Below, piece after piece: positions 50,701 to 62,394 of a stretch of 64,000 nucleotides of DNA (position 1 is the first letter of the stretch; every line of letters starts with the position of its first letter). The notes below the pieces were generated by a model that was not told where the DNA came from, did not search any database, and worked only from the letters and a program-made list of their open reading frames with translations. The DNA lies in contig NC_087247.1 of the NCBI RefSeq assembly GCF_037042905.1, forward strand, positions 45,694,001 through 45,758,000. The letters are read 5' to 3'. This stretch comes from Lytechinus pictus. Lineage: Eukaryota. A program made the position numbers and the translations under genes.

Positions 50701-52453
50701 CGCTATATCCCCATATTTGCCGTCTATGTCCCGTAGGGGTAAGTGAATAAACAAACTGTCCCCATAAACAAGGACAATCTCAATTTATCAAGACATGTTT
50801 TGTATTGGTTTATGAATATGAGGATATCCTTGTTTTCTGGGACAATCCCAATTTTTGGACCAGTGCCTCTACTGTCTAGGGCCCTCTAGAACTTGTACAA
50901 AATACTTGTTAGAGACTAAACAGAATATATCTAGATCTACCATATTTGACAAATACATGTAAAAAGTGCAGTATGCACTGCATTCAGAGGTTTGTTGCTA
51001 TACAAGGACATTTTTCAATATTGGGTAGAAATAATCACATTGAAATAGAAGCAATGTTTCTGCACACCCATTTTATTATTAGCACCAGTGCATCTATGTA
51101 GTTTTACAGTAACGTTACTTTTTTGGTTTAGATCTTGATATATTATGGTAAGGGGTCTGAAAGCTACGCGGCTCTTTAAGCTACGCACCACTCATCTCGC
51201 ATGTAATTTTAATGGCAAAATGTGCACTCTGTGTGTGGAACTGACTGCAGAGTGACGAACAATTCCTATTCAGTTTTTCTACAGAGGCTGCAATAAATCA
51301 CTACGTGCAGAGAAAACCAGCAACTGTTTGGAATTTTGGAGCTAGAGGTCTATATTCAATTTAATTTTATTATATTTTCCTATAATAATATGAACATATT
51401 TTAGAAATTGAGGCACAGGAATACTTTCTATACTATACTTTCTATGCATGATAAATCGAGTGCCTAGCTGTAGGACCCCTTCTACATCGGGGGGAGGGGG
51501 GGGGGAAATCAAGAGGTGTTTGGAAAACATGGCAGGATTTTCGTATTAGTGAGTTTTGTGGTATTATCCTCTTGGTTGAGGATCTTTAGAATATTGAACA
51601 TACATGTATTATTAGTAAAAGACAATTTGTTCAAATGTTAAAACTGACATAGGCCTAGTTTTTATTGCTTGTAAACAAAGTGTGTAGCTTTAGGTCCCCC
51701 CATCATAGATTAAAAAAAAAAACACTCTAGGAGACTTTGGGACCTCAATAAGGTTGCCAATACATGTAGATGGCAGAGTAGTCAGACTTTCAAACATCGT
51801 GCAAAATCCACAGATATTTAATCAAAATTGTTACCTTAGATATACATGTAGATCTAATTTGTGATTTTTTCTTACATGTAAACTGCAATAAACAATAACT
51901 ACTTTCACTTTAACAATTTCATAATTAAAAGAGAGAGAAAAAAAATTGAATCACTAGACAGTGCACTTGGCGACTTGTGTGGCTGTGCATTTGTGTGTTA
52001 CTGCAGATGTCAATTTTCTGCGAATGCACCACCCCATATATGCGATACTGTGGCCTATGAGGTCAATGTTGTAATGTTTTGACCTCATTGTTACTCTGAG
52101 CTGAGTGAAAAAAGACCACAGTTTAAAAATAAATAGCTTACCATCAGTTCCTTTTTTTTTTATCAAGAGTACTCAAGAAATGTACAAATTTTCTTGTCCT
52201 GTTGACTTGTTTTTAAGTTTAACAGTGTTCATTCTGAAAAAGAATATTTACACTTTTCTGATTATTTTTTCTTTCTAGAACTCTTTTTCAGGCGGATGGT
52301 ACTTTCTAAGCAAGAAAGCAGGCAAAAAAAAAAAAAAAATGGTTATTCAGCAGTTCTGTTTGGTTCTACCAGTGGCGTATCTAGGACAAACGGCGCCCGG
52401 GGCAAGTGCTAAAATCGGGCCCCTTCCAAAGTGTATTATATCAGCCTATATAC

Positions 52454-52492
<39 letters not shown>

Positions 52493-55400
52493 TAATTCAT
52501 ATATACTACACTTAGTAAACACTCGGCCCATCAAAATGAAACTTGATTTCAATGCGAGTGCAAATATTTTTCAATATCAATACATTAAGACGACGAATAT
52601 TTTATAATCTAAGTTTGTTTTATGTAATCATAGTCATGATTCGTATCTAATAAACAATGAATGCGAGTGTGAAGCGCAAGCTGAAAATATTCAGACCTAT
52701 AAAGGAATATTTAGAAATACCCTTTTTATGAATTCCTAGAGATGATAGGTATCTCAATAAATAAATCGTCCTATACAAGGGCGGAGCGTGAGCCTAATTT
52801 TCTTTTCAATACTAAGATTTTAAAACTGAATATTCAAAGCACTTGTGTAATCATTAACATGATGCATATCTAAACAATTAATGCAAGCAGAAAATTATTG
52901 ATATTTAGACCTTAAATAGGGTCATTATTAGGGAGAGGTAATCCCAAGATGCGTATCTAACTAAGCAACATTAATGCAAGCACGAGGGTGAGCTGAAATT
53001 TTTGATATACTTAGCTGAAAGGGGAAAAATTTAAGGACTTTGTGTAGGAATTAATATAAGCATATGTATCTCATCGGCGTAATGCTCACCTAGAAAGGGG
53101 ACACTTGAATGAATGTTTATTAAAAAAAATTATAATAATGAAGAGGATTTGTATCTCTCTTATCAGATCAGCCAGTTATGAAAGCTTTGACAATTAAACC
53201 AGAAATATGTTTTATTCAGAACTGTTTGTCAGAATTAATGAATGGTACTGTATCAAAATTCAAATCAGCAGCTTTAGAGATGAAAAGTTATGATATTTGC
53301 CTTTGAAAAGGAATATTACAGAATTGGTTGTTGGAATTCTTGAAGAGAATAAGTTATCGCTGATTAAAAGTTGGCACGAATATTCATCCCTGGGCGAAGA
53401 CATGCTAGAAATATTTCTAAAAGTGTAGGAAACTGCCATGGTATTAGCATAGGATGGGGGTATTAATCACCTTTATGCCCATTAAATATTTGTAAGTTTA
53501 AATAAGATACATGTATGCATCAAATGGGATTTTTTATTGCAAAGACGTAGACATTTGGTCTTTACTTTACTTTACCTGCATAGCAGAGCGAGACTATACT
53601 GTAGGTGCCGCTGTTCCGACGGCGGCGACGGCGACGTCATCAACATTGAAATCTTAACCAAGGCTCAGTTTTTGAAATGTCATCATAATTTTACTAGACT
53701 ACACTAGCAGAGACTCCAACTCTCCCGCTTTTGGCGGGAGATCTCCCGCCGAAAGCCCATTTTCGCAAAATCTCCCGTTCTCCCGCTCGATATTTATTAT
53801 CTCCCGCCCAGGCCCTGTGTCTCTCGCTTAAGATGCATTTTCTCCTGCTTAAAATTATCTTTCTCCTGCCCAAACACCTTTTTAAACTAACTGGAATCAA
53901 ATTTTCATATCCAAGCCGATATTCAAGTTAAGACTTAAAGGGATGGTCCGGGCTGAAAATATTTATATCTTAATACATAGAGTAGAGTTCACTGAGCAAA
54001 ATGCTGAAACGTTCATCAAAATCGATTAACAAATAATAAAGTTATTGAAGTTTAAAATTTATCAATATTTTGTGAAAACAGTCGTCATGAATATTCATTA
54101 GGTGGGCTGATGAAGTCACATCTCCACTTTCCGTTTTCTTATGTTATCACATAAAATCATAAATTTTTCCATTATTTCATATTGTGTGAATAATATGTCT
54201 CCCTTATAATGAAATAAGTTGCAGCAATAAATATCTAATACACTAAATCAGTTGTCAATCCAAGTTTTCTAGTTCTCTGAGGAAAAAATTTGAATAAATC
54301 TAATTTCAAATAACAAAATACAAAAGAACAAGTGGAGATGTGACATCATCAGCCCACCTAATGAATATTCATGACGACTGTTTTCACAAAATATTGCTTA
54401 ACTTTAAAATTCAATAACTTTGTTATTTGTTATCCGATTTTAATGAAATTTTCAGCATTTTGCTCAGTGAATTCTACTCTATTTATTAAGCTAAAAATAT
54501 TTTCAGCCCTGACCATCCCTTTAAATGTAAGTAGAGCGTCAACGCCCTGCGCGATCTCGTACTCGTAAATTTAGCGGTGCAAGCTAGCTAGCTAGCATCA
54601 TCCCTCCTTAGGTCCTCCTATGGCCTACGTGTGTGATTTGATTAATTGAATTGTTAATTACTAAGTACCATTCTAAGGCGTACACCCCCAAAAAAAAAAA
54701 AAAAATCACGACCAAGAACAAAAGAGAAAAGGAAAGAGAGAAGGGTGAAATATGATATCATTTTTTAATATGATGTCAAAATCTATCACAAAGTTGGATT
54801 TTTAAAGTTAAAGTGTCGAATTTTGTGCTTTCTCGCTTCGCTCGCAACTTTTTATTAATTTTACGCGATACACCATATCGAGCCCCCTCAAAATTTTTGG
54901 CTCATTACGCCACTGTTGCCATCAATATTGAAAAATTAGCCTGAGATAGCATGAGAGAGCATCTAGAATCCTAGAGCTTCCTGGACCCTTTTAGCGAGAC
55001 CTGGACCCCGGCCGTAAGGGACTTCGCGCTCGTGATGTGTGCTTTGCGCACATCAAGTTGGAGTCTCCAGTTTGCTAGGGGATCCAGGCGGGAGAATCTC
55101 CAGATCAGAAGGTTCTTGGGATTGGTGTCTCTGCACTAGCATTATTTATGGGTCAGGAAACTGGCCAGGTATGAGTAGTTGAGGACTCGAGATGGCGCCA
55201 TTGGTTTGTATTTGCTTCAAGATATATACAATGTATTTTCATTTTTTACAATTTACCTGTACCTCACAATATATACACATTATACTAAAAATATACAAAT
55301 TATGTTATATACATGTAGGAATCATTAGTTATGCCTATGATTGTAACCATGTTTTCTTTCCTATTATTACAGTTCATCTATCCATCACACATCAAGCTTA

Positions 55401-58400
55401 CAGAAAAAGAGGTAAGAATAATTGTGCAGAGTAATACATACACCATATTGTTTTACATTTATTGATTTTATTGCTTCATTACCAAAGAAAAACAGCATTG
55501 GGGAAATAAAGAAGTTGAATAAGACAAGAGATCTCTTTTTATTATTATTATTATTTATTCGGCAAATAATATACAAAAATACATTTCAGTGTAAACAATA
55601 CAAAATAAGAAATATCAACCATTGGAACGCCAGGGACAGAAAAAGTTAACTTAATTACTGTGGCATGAAGCCTCCTGTCCCAATTCCAATGGTTGATTTA
55701 CAATATATATTAATAACTAAACAATAATAAAATACTCATAAGTATAAAGGGGTGTATCATGTGATTAATAAAATATATAAATAAATTTAGTTACTTGTAA
55801 CTGAAAATGAGTGGAAATGACGGGGAAAGAGAATTAAGAAAGCTGAATGAAGGTGACAAAGAGAAAGGAAAGGAGAGAGTGGGAGAGAAACTAAGTTGAT
55901 TCATTTGTTTCCTTTGGAAGACACATGTCTGTGGGTGTGTTTATGCTTCCATTGCAGAGACAGAATCAGCGTTTTCAAATGCTTTTCAAACGTCGTTTCA
56001 GAACACCTATTGCAAACGTGGTTCTGGGAGTGCTGTATATGCTTAGAATTTTAGAGGTGAAATCATGATCTGCAGCTGGCTTTGCATCATAATTTTCGTT
56101 GAGCATGCAAGCGAGGTCAAATTGGGCGTGCCCTTTTTCGAAAGTTTTTTTTCCCAGTGTTGTATGGTCGACTATTATTTAAACTTATTTAAACAATTTC
56201 AAATCTTTTAGTAATTGCATGGAGCTACTTGACATAGCCATAGAATTATCACCATGGTGAGAATAATAGTAAGACAAAATAAAGAATATTTAAGTATACA
56301 TAAAAAATAATAAGACATCTATTTGTTTATGCTACTGGGGCTTCTGGCTCAGCGATGTCTCCTCATAAATCATGTTCTGGGTTTTTTGTAAATCCCTCGA
56401 CATATCATCCTGCCCTGGTCATCGCAATGACAAATTAGAGGAGTCGTAATAGTGATAGTACTTAATAATAATCACTCATGCAAATGTACATTAGTCATTA
56501 TTACATGTAGAACCAGGGAGATGAGAGTAATTCCGTGGAGGTAAGTCCCTGTCAGAACCATGCCACTGTATTTGCCTGCAGATTTTCATCTCACCGGAAG
56601 CATGTACCAAATGACATCATTTAAACACGTTTGTGATCGTGGTTCTGTTTATACTTTCCCAGAAACCCTGATTCTGGTCAAACAACATTCTGTTATGCAC
56701 CTTTTTGTAAGTTTTAAATGAAAGTTAACATGGACGCACCCATGTTTTGGACTAATCACGTATGAAAACGCTGATTCTGGCCTGAAAAGTGGAAGCATAA
56801 ACACGCCCTATGTATAATCATATCTTCAGACAGGACCTGAATCCATTGTACCTCCTAGTTTGCTGTACATTCAAGTATACTAACTATTCCTTTTTTTTCA
56901 ATTCCTGAAGGTGAAATTAACAATTCCTAAAGCAATTCTATTCACAAAATCAGTCTATTGTCTTTTCTCTTGCAGAAAATGAATATATGCTACCTGTCTT
57001 TTCCGGATTCAAATTCAGGTAAGATGTGAAGAACAACTTAATAGCATCTCTTATTGTATGGTTTGGTAGATCTCGCCATAAGTGGTGCTCATTATTACAT
57101 TATATGAATGTTTACATAAAGGGGAGTGAACTGGCGAGCACTGTCTGTTGTCTTCCATTGTCTGGGTGCTGGTTAGTCTCTATACCTTTTGAGATAAGTA
57201 TTAGGGCTAAAAAAAATTGTTGCATTGGCGTAACCCCACCCTACCCTATGTTTTTTTTTGTTGGCTATCGATATCGCTTATCGTGTTGATCACGATCATC
57301 ATAAGAAAACCCGGAAGTGTTTCACTCAGACCGCACTGGATGTGCGATGTGGTAACTCTGCGTACGTACGATCTGTGGGGGAGATCATTGGTAGGAGCAG
57401 CTGTACCGCTCATGCGCGCTTTGGTCAAACTTAGTTCACCAGCATGGCGCCATACTCTGTATTAGGGTTACTGGCGTGCTTGAGCCCCAAAAAAACTTTC
57501 CAGTGTACTGCTTAAATGTGATAGAGGTGCCAGGTTTTGAGATATTATAGCAGTTGTGTGTAATAGAGCTTTTATGAATAGTGGTGTGTATGCAGATTAC
57601 AAGAAGGATTTCAAAAGAATATCCCTACATGTACCTACAGGTACTTACCCTGTTTATCAATACAACATTTTATTCTTGCTGTAATATATAAAGAATAAAA
57701 TAGCCAATAATTTTATTTGTGTGTAGAAATTTAAACTTTTTTTTAGTGGAAAGGTTAAAGGTACCGGGTAACATAATTACTACAACATGAATGTATTGAA
57801 TATTGAATTTGTTTGTTATTCAAATGAGCCTATATTAAAGACTTTACTGCTGAGAATGATGCATATGGGTAATTAACCTGGCCAGGTATGAGTAGTTGAG
57901 GATAATTGCATCATTTTTCATTGATTTTTTTAAATTGACTATTTATTTTTTTCTTACACATTTTATTCTAAATTAGCTACATGCACATGTATATATTATA
58001 TAGCACATGAATTGTATCCTACATTATCATCCTAGTTCATGCTTAAGAAGTGGATTTATACCAGGACTGCTTTATACAAAAAAGCACAAATCATAGGGGA
58101 CTGAATTATTTACTTCAGGCATTTAGATTTAAATTTTACCCATAAAGACCAGACATTTTATTGCAGATTAAACAAAATGTGAAAGAAAAAAAAACTTTCT
58201 TTCATTTTATCTGGCAATAAATCAAAACTTTGGAAATGAAGAATTTTCAGATTTTTTCAAAACTGTATATGTGTTTCAATACTTTATTAATTTCAGGATG
58301 TATGGGAGATACCCAGTTTAGCTTCAGGATAAGACGTTGCCCAGACAAAAGAAATTTCATACACAGTAAAAGAAGTACAGATTACAACAAGCATTGCCTT

Positions 58401-60645
58401 CCTACATTACAGGTGAGATAACATTGTCAGTTGGTGATGAAGTGGAGATGGAAGCCAATTAGAAATCAATGTCTATGTGTAGTAATTACATTTTGAAATA
58501 TAAAGGGTATTGGTAAATTCAATCAGGGAAGCAAAGCTGGCTTGGTTTGGCTAAAATCGGACCAATGATGTGTCATAAATCTAGTGAGCATGCAAGTCAT
58601 CCATCTGTGTTTGGTTCAGTTGAATTCTAGACCTGTACAGTATATTGTACAACCAAGTACACCTTGGACTTCTCATAAGAACAATGAATTTATTCTTAGT
58701 TCTTTTTTTTTTCTCTGACACCATACATGTTTATACTTTTGATGAATGAAAAATTTCAGTGGTTTCTGCCAAAATATCTTCATGTATCAGGCTGGTAGAT
58801 GATGCATGTGTTCTCCACTGTAGAGGTACTTATGTGTACTGGTACTGGAAATCACAAGATTTTACTTGGAAAAATTGTCAAACTCTAAACAGCTCTATTT
58901 GTACATTGATTGGATTTTTTTGTAATTGAAAATTAACTCCCTGATTCTCAGTGGATTTAGTGCTCAGTTTTAATCAAAACCTGACAGAACAGGGAATAAA
59001 TGATAAATTATTTATTCATAGACTGATATACTTGAAGAAATTGAAAACATTTGCCACTACTCAAAATTCATAACAATAACACTGTCACTAGCAAACTGGC
59101 AAACTGAAGTGGCTTTGGATGTTAAGATAAACATGTGTTATCCAAGCAGTGCCATGGCAATTTATATTTTCCTGATTCCTCCAGCAGGCAATCAATATTG
59201 AATGGGGATTTGGTTTCCAGGCTCTGTAAAATGGAATTTCTAATAAAAGCACCACTCTTTTTGCTCCAGCAGTAGCAGCGTCCAACTCAATTAATTAAGG
59301 GAAGGATCTTGTTATTATAAAATGCAATCTAGATCCTTGATTGCAGTGGGATGACTTCCAAGATATGGGCTGTTTTGCATCATAGTTTCTGTCAGTTCTT
59401 TTATGAATATGAAAATATGTCTGCCTTGCAGGGGAAGGAGATTTGTGTATACAGTTATGTGTGGAATCGTTTGTGAGAAAGAAATTACACCTAAAAGCCA
59501 TTTCAAAGCAGTTTAATGCAGATACTAATATTACAATAGTAGAAGAATGGGAAATAAGCATAAACTGATTGATAATTCCATTGTGCATTGAATAAGACAC
59601 ACATGCATTAATTTTTGTGAAGCATGGTTACATACAAATGGTACAATACATTTGTTTTTCATGATAAGGAAAATTATTTTTCTTCAAAAGGGAAGGGGAA
59701 CTTTCAGTACATGTATTACTGTATTGAATGTAAATGACCATGCTGTGCTTGAACTAGCATGACTTTTTCCCTCATGGGGGTGGAATCCCCTTTGGGTAAG
59801 AGTGTGCCTGTGAATTATGGCTGCTGTATTATTAATGTCCTCATCCACCACAGAGAGAAGGTCAAGAACTTGCTGAGATTACTCCTCTGGTACTTCACTG
59901 CTACTGAAAGATTAACCCCTTTGCCACCTAAATATCTTTTAATCATGGCAAACCTAAATACAAAATTGATGGAGGGTTAATTACCCTATATACAGTATGC
60001 CAAATAGTGCCGTTTGCATTGTCGCACAGTTGATGGTAATGAAATATGACTTCTTTCCTTATGGCACTTCAGATTAACTTCATTTTTAATGTCTCTGTAT
60101 TTTCATTTTAAAAGATGCCGGAAAAAATGAATTAAAGCGTTTTTGAAATTATGCCTGAATGGGCAATGATTCAATTTTTTTTCAGTATTTAAAAGTGAGA
60201 TGAATGTTGACTAAGACTAAAACCTTTCCTCTATTTGTTTTTAAAAATCGAGCAATTACACACACTTTAAGTCCATGAGATGCTAATCCTGATATCTCTT
60301 TTATTAAATTTTCTGTAGACAATGTCCATCCCTCATATTTTTTTTATTAAGCTGACATATTAACATGGAGGTTTTACTGGCATTCTTGAGCCATTCATGT
60401 CATTCCTGTTTGTTTCAAGCAAATATTTGTTGTTGTCTCATTCATTAGCTTTAACAGGTACTGTGCAGATTCATGTACAGTTGCTTTATTCTTTTTATGC
60501 ACCATTTTCAGATTAGTACAATACACAATTTATTCCTTTATTTTATCTTCTGTTGAAATATCAGATTGATGCTGCTCATTTATACGGGTATGTCTACTTT
60601 CGGCAAGTTAAGGACAAAACTTCAAGGAGAGGCTACTTTCAAAAG
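47519..60645 (+). CDS. DENND6: DENN domain-containing protein 6 (FAM116 family, Rab14 GEF), 5' partial gene: first five coding exons
   Basis: Exons 47519-47704, 55373-55411, 56976-57018, 58297-58412 and 60565-60645 splice in frame to ...[27 protein letters not shown]|[13 protein letters not shown]|[15 protein letters not shown]|[13 protein letters not shown]...|[27 protein letters not shown], the characteristic DENND6A/B N-terminus. The next exon was not found in the window. Confidence 0.95.
47819..48351. mobile_element. GC-rich MITE with 8-bp TSD in DENND6 intron 1
   Basis: gtgtgtgc|CCCGGGGGGGGCACTC ... GAGTGCCCCCCCCGGG|gtgtgtgc; repeated ggaRcgg subterminal motifs. Confidence 0.9.
49870..50659. 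mobile_element. Non-autonomous DNA transposon with CAC..GTG termini (possibly CMC/EnSpm-like)
   Basis: cactcacacgtattgcgagtttagtattagta ... tactaatactaacctcgcaatagtgtgagtg; a related right end also occurs at 49775-49818. Confidence 0.7.
51152..51700. mobile_element. MITE with short imperfect TIRs
   Basis: ggggtctgaaagctac versus gtagctttaggtcccc. Confidence 0.45.
52457..52492. repeat. (TA)n microsatellite
   Basis: Seen directly. Confidence 0.95.
53571..53690 (+). mobile_element. 5' fragment of a diverged HINE of the 32091/60712 family
   Basis: acctgcatagcagagcgagactata ... ccgacggcggcgacggcg ... aaatcttaacc ... tttttgaaatgtcatcataa. Confidence 0.75.
53708..55133. mobile_element. hAT-like element with 6-bp TSD, carrying nested MITEs
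   Basis: cactag|CAGAGACTCCAAC ... ATTGGTGTCTCTG|cactag; repeated tctcccg subterminal motifs. Confidence 0.75.
53939..54520. mobile_element. Kolobok-like MITE with long inverted arms, nested
   Basis: ttaa|AGGGATGGTCCGGGCTGAAAATATTT ... AAATATTTTCAGCCCTGACCATCCCT|ttaa; arms of about 190 bp. Confidence 0.9.
55373..55411 (+). CDS. DENND6: DENND6 exon 2 (39 nt)
   Basis: ttacag|[13 protein letters not shown]|gtaaga. Confidence 0.9.
55933..56808. mobile_element. Non-autonomous DNA transposon with GGG..CCC termini (PIF/Harbinger-like) in DENND6 intron 2
   Basis: gggtgtgtttatgcttcca...cagaatcagcgttttca versus tgaaaacgctgattctg...tggaagcataaacacgccc. Confidence 0.75.
56976..57018 (+). CDS. DENND6: DENND6 exon 3 (43 nt)
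   Basis: ttgcag|[14 protein letters not shown](G)|gtaaga. Confidence 0.94.
58297..58412 (+). CDS. DENND6: DENND6 exon 4
   Basis: tttcag|(G)[20 protein letters not shown]...CLPTLQ|gtgaga. Confidence 0.94.
60565..60645 (+). CDS. DENND6: DENND6 exon 5
   Basis: atcag|[27 protein letters not shown]|gtaatt. Confidence 0.95.
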
Positions 60646-60711
60646 GTAATTTCATGTTTTTAATAAATTTTTTGACTTAAGTGATAATGGAAATGCACCT
60701 CAAATTGTCAA

Positions 60712-61666
60712 TTTTTGTCTCACCTGCATAGCAGAGTGAGACTATAGGCGCCGCTTTTCCGACGGCGACGGCGGCGGCGTCAACACCAAATCTTAACCTG
60801 AGGTTAAGTTTTTGAAATGACAGCATAACTTAGAAAGTATATGGACCTAGTTCATGAAACTTGGCCATAAGGTTAATCAAGTATTACTGAACATCCTGCC
60901 TGAGTTTCATGTCACATGACCAAGGTCAAAGGTCATTTAGGGTCAATGAACTTAGACCATTTTGGGGGAATCAACATCAAAATCTTAACCTAAGGTTAAG
61001 TTTTTGAAATGTCATCATAACTTAGAAAATATATGGACCTAGTTCATGAAACTTATACATAAGGTTAATCAAGTATCACTGAACATCCTGCATGAGTTTC
61101 ACGTCACATGACCAAGGTCAAAGGTCATTTAGGGTCAATGAACTTTGGCCGAATTGGGGGTATCTGTTGAATTACCATCATAACTTTGAAAGTTTATGGA
61201 TCTGATTCATGAAACTTGGACATAATAGTAATCAAGTATTACTGAACATCCTGTGCAAGTTTCAGGTCACATGATCAAGGTCAAAGGTCATTTAGGGTCA
61301 ATGAACTTTGGCCAAATTGGGGTATTTGTTGAATTACAGCCATAAATTTGAAAGTGTGTTGGTCTAGTTCATAAAACTTGGACATAATAGTAATCTAGTA
61401 TCACTGAACATCCTGTGCGAGTTTCAGGTCACATGATCAAGGTCAAAGGTCATGTAAGGTCAAAGAACTTTGGCCACGTTGGGGGTATTTGTTGAATTGC
61501 CATCATATCTCTATAAGTGTATTGGTCTAGTTCATAAAACGTGGAAATAAGAGTAACCAAGTATCACTGAACATCTTGTGCGAGTTATAGTAGTTTTCAA
61601 AATCAGCACTGCTGCTATATTGAATCGCGTGATGCAGGTGAGACGGCCAGAGGCATTCCACTTGTT
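60712..61666 (+). mobile_element. HINE, near-identical inverted copy of 32091-33040, in DENND6 intron 5
   Basis: tttttgtctcacctgcatagcagagtgagactataggcgcc ... tandem units ... atgcaggtgagacggccagaggcattccacttgtt. Confidence 0.88.
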
Positions 61667-62102
61667 GTAGATTGATTATGCTTTTTTTTTCAAGGGAATG
61701 ACAGTGAATTTCTTCATAAGGTACTAGGCCTAATCAGATATCAGTATTGTTGTAACGAAAATGTCATGATGTTATTTACTGGTATTGGAAATGGTATCGT
61801 GATCTGCTGAATCATAACTCTATAAATATATGACCAACAGGCATGAAATACAGCCATTCTGAATTATGCATGTCTGTGTACATAACTGATAAGGATCTGC
61901 TGTTACAGAAAGATCTGTGTTATTGAACATTTGTAAAAGGCATCAGTACACCTTATTCTAATTGACTGCTGAACTTGTGAAACTATGTTTCCATTTGTGA
62001 CTCTTTTGTGGATAATAAGCCACTTTGTCTAATTCAACTTTGTCAATACCTGTTGGTCTCATCACCATTCCAGTTAGGCTTATTATTTTATATATATCAA
62101 TT

Positions 62103-62394
62103 GGAGTGTTGTGGCCCAGAGGATTAGTCTCCGGACTTTAAAACAGAGGGTCATGGGTTCGAATCCCAGCCATGGCGTAATTTCCTTCGGCAAGAAATTT
62201 ATCCACATTTTGCTGCACTCGACCCAGGTGAGGTGAATGGGTACCCAATAGGATTTATTCCTTGAACGCTTTAGCACCTATTAATATGGCGGCTTAGCTA
62301 CAACCGGGGTAATATGATACCAAGTATCAAATCGCAGTTGAGTATATGCACAAGTAACTGCTATATAAATGGACATATTATGATTATTATTATT
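62103..62394 (+). mobile_element. tRNA-derived SINE, full length
   Basis: TGGCCCAGAGG A box, GGTTCGAATCCC B box, gacccaggtgaggtgaatgggtaccc core, (ATT)n tail. Confidence 0.85.
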
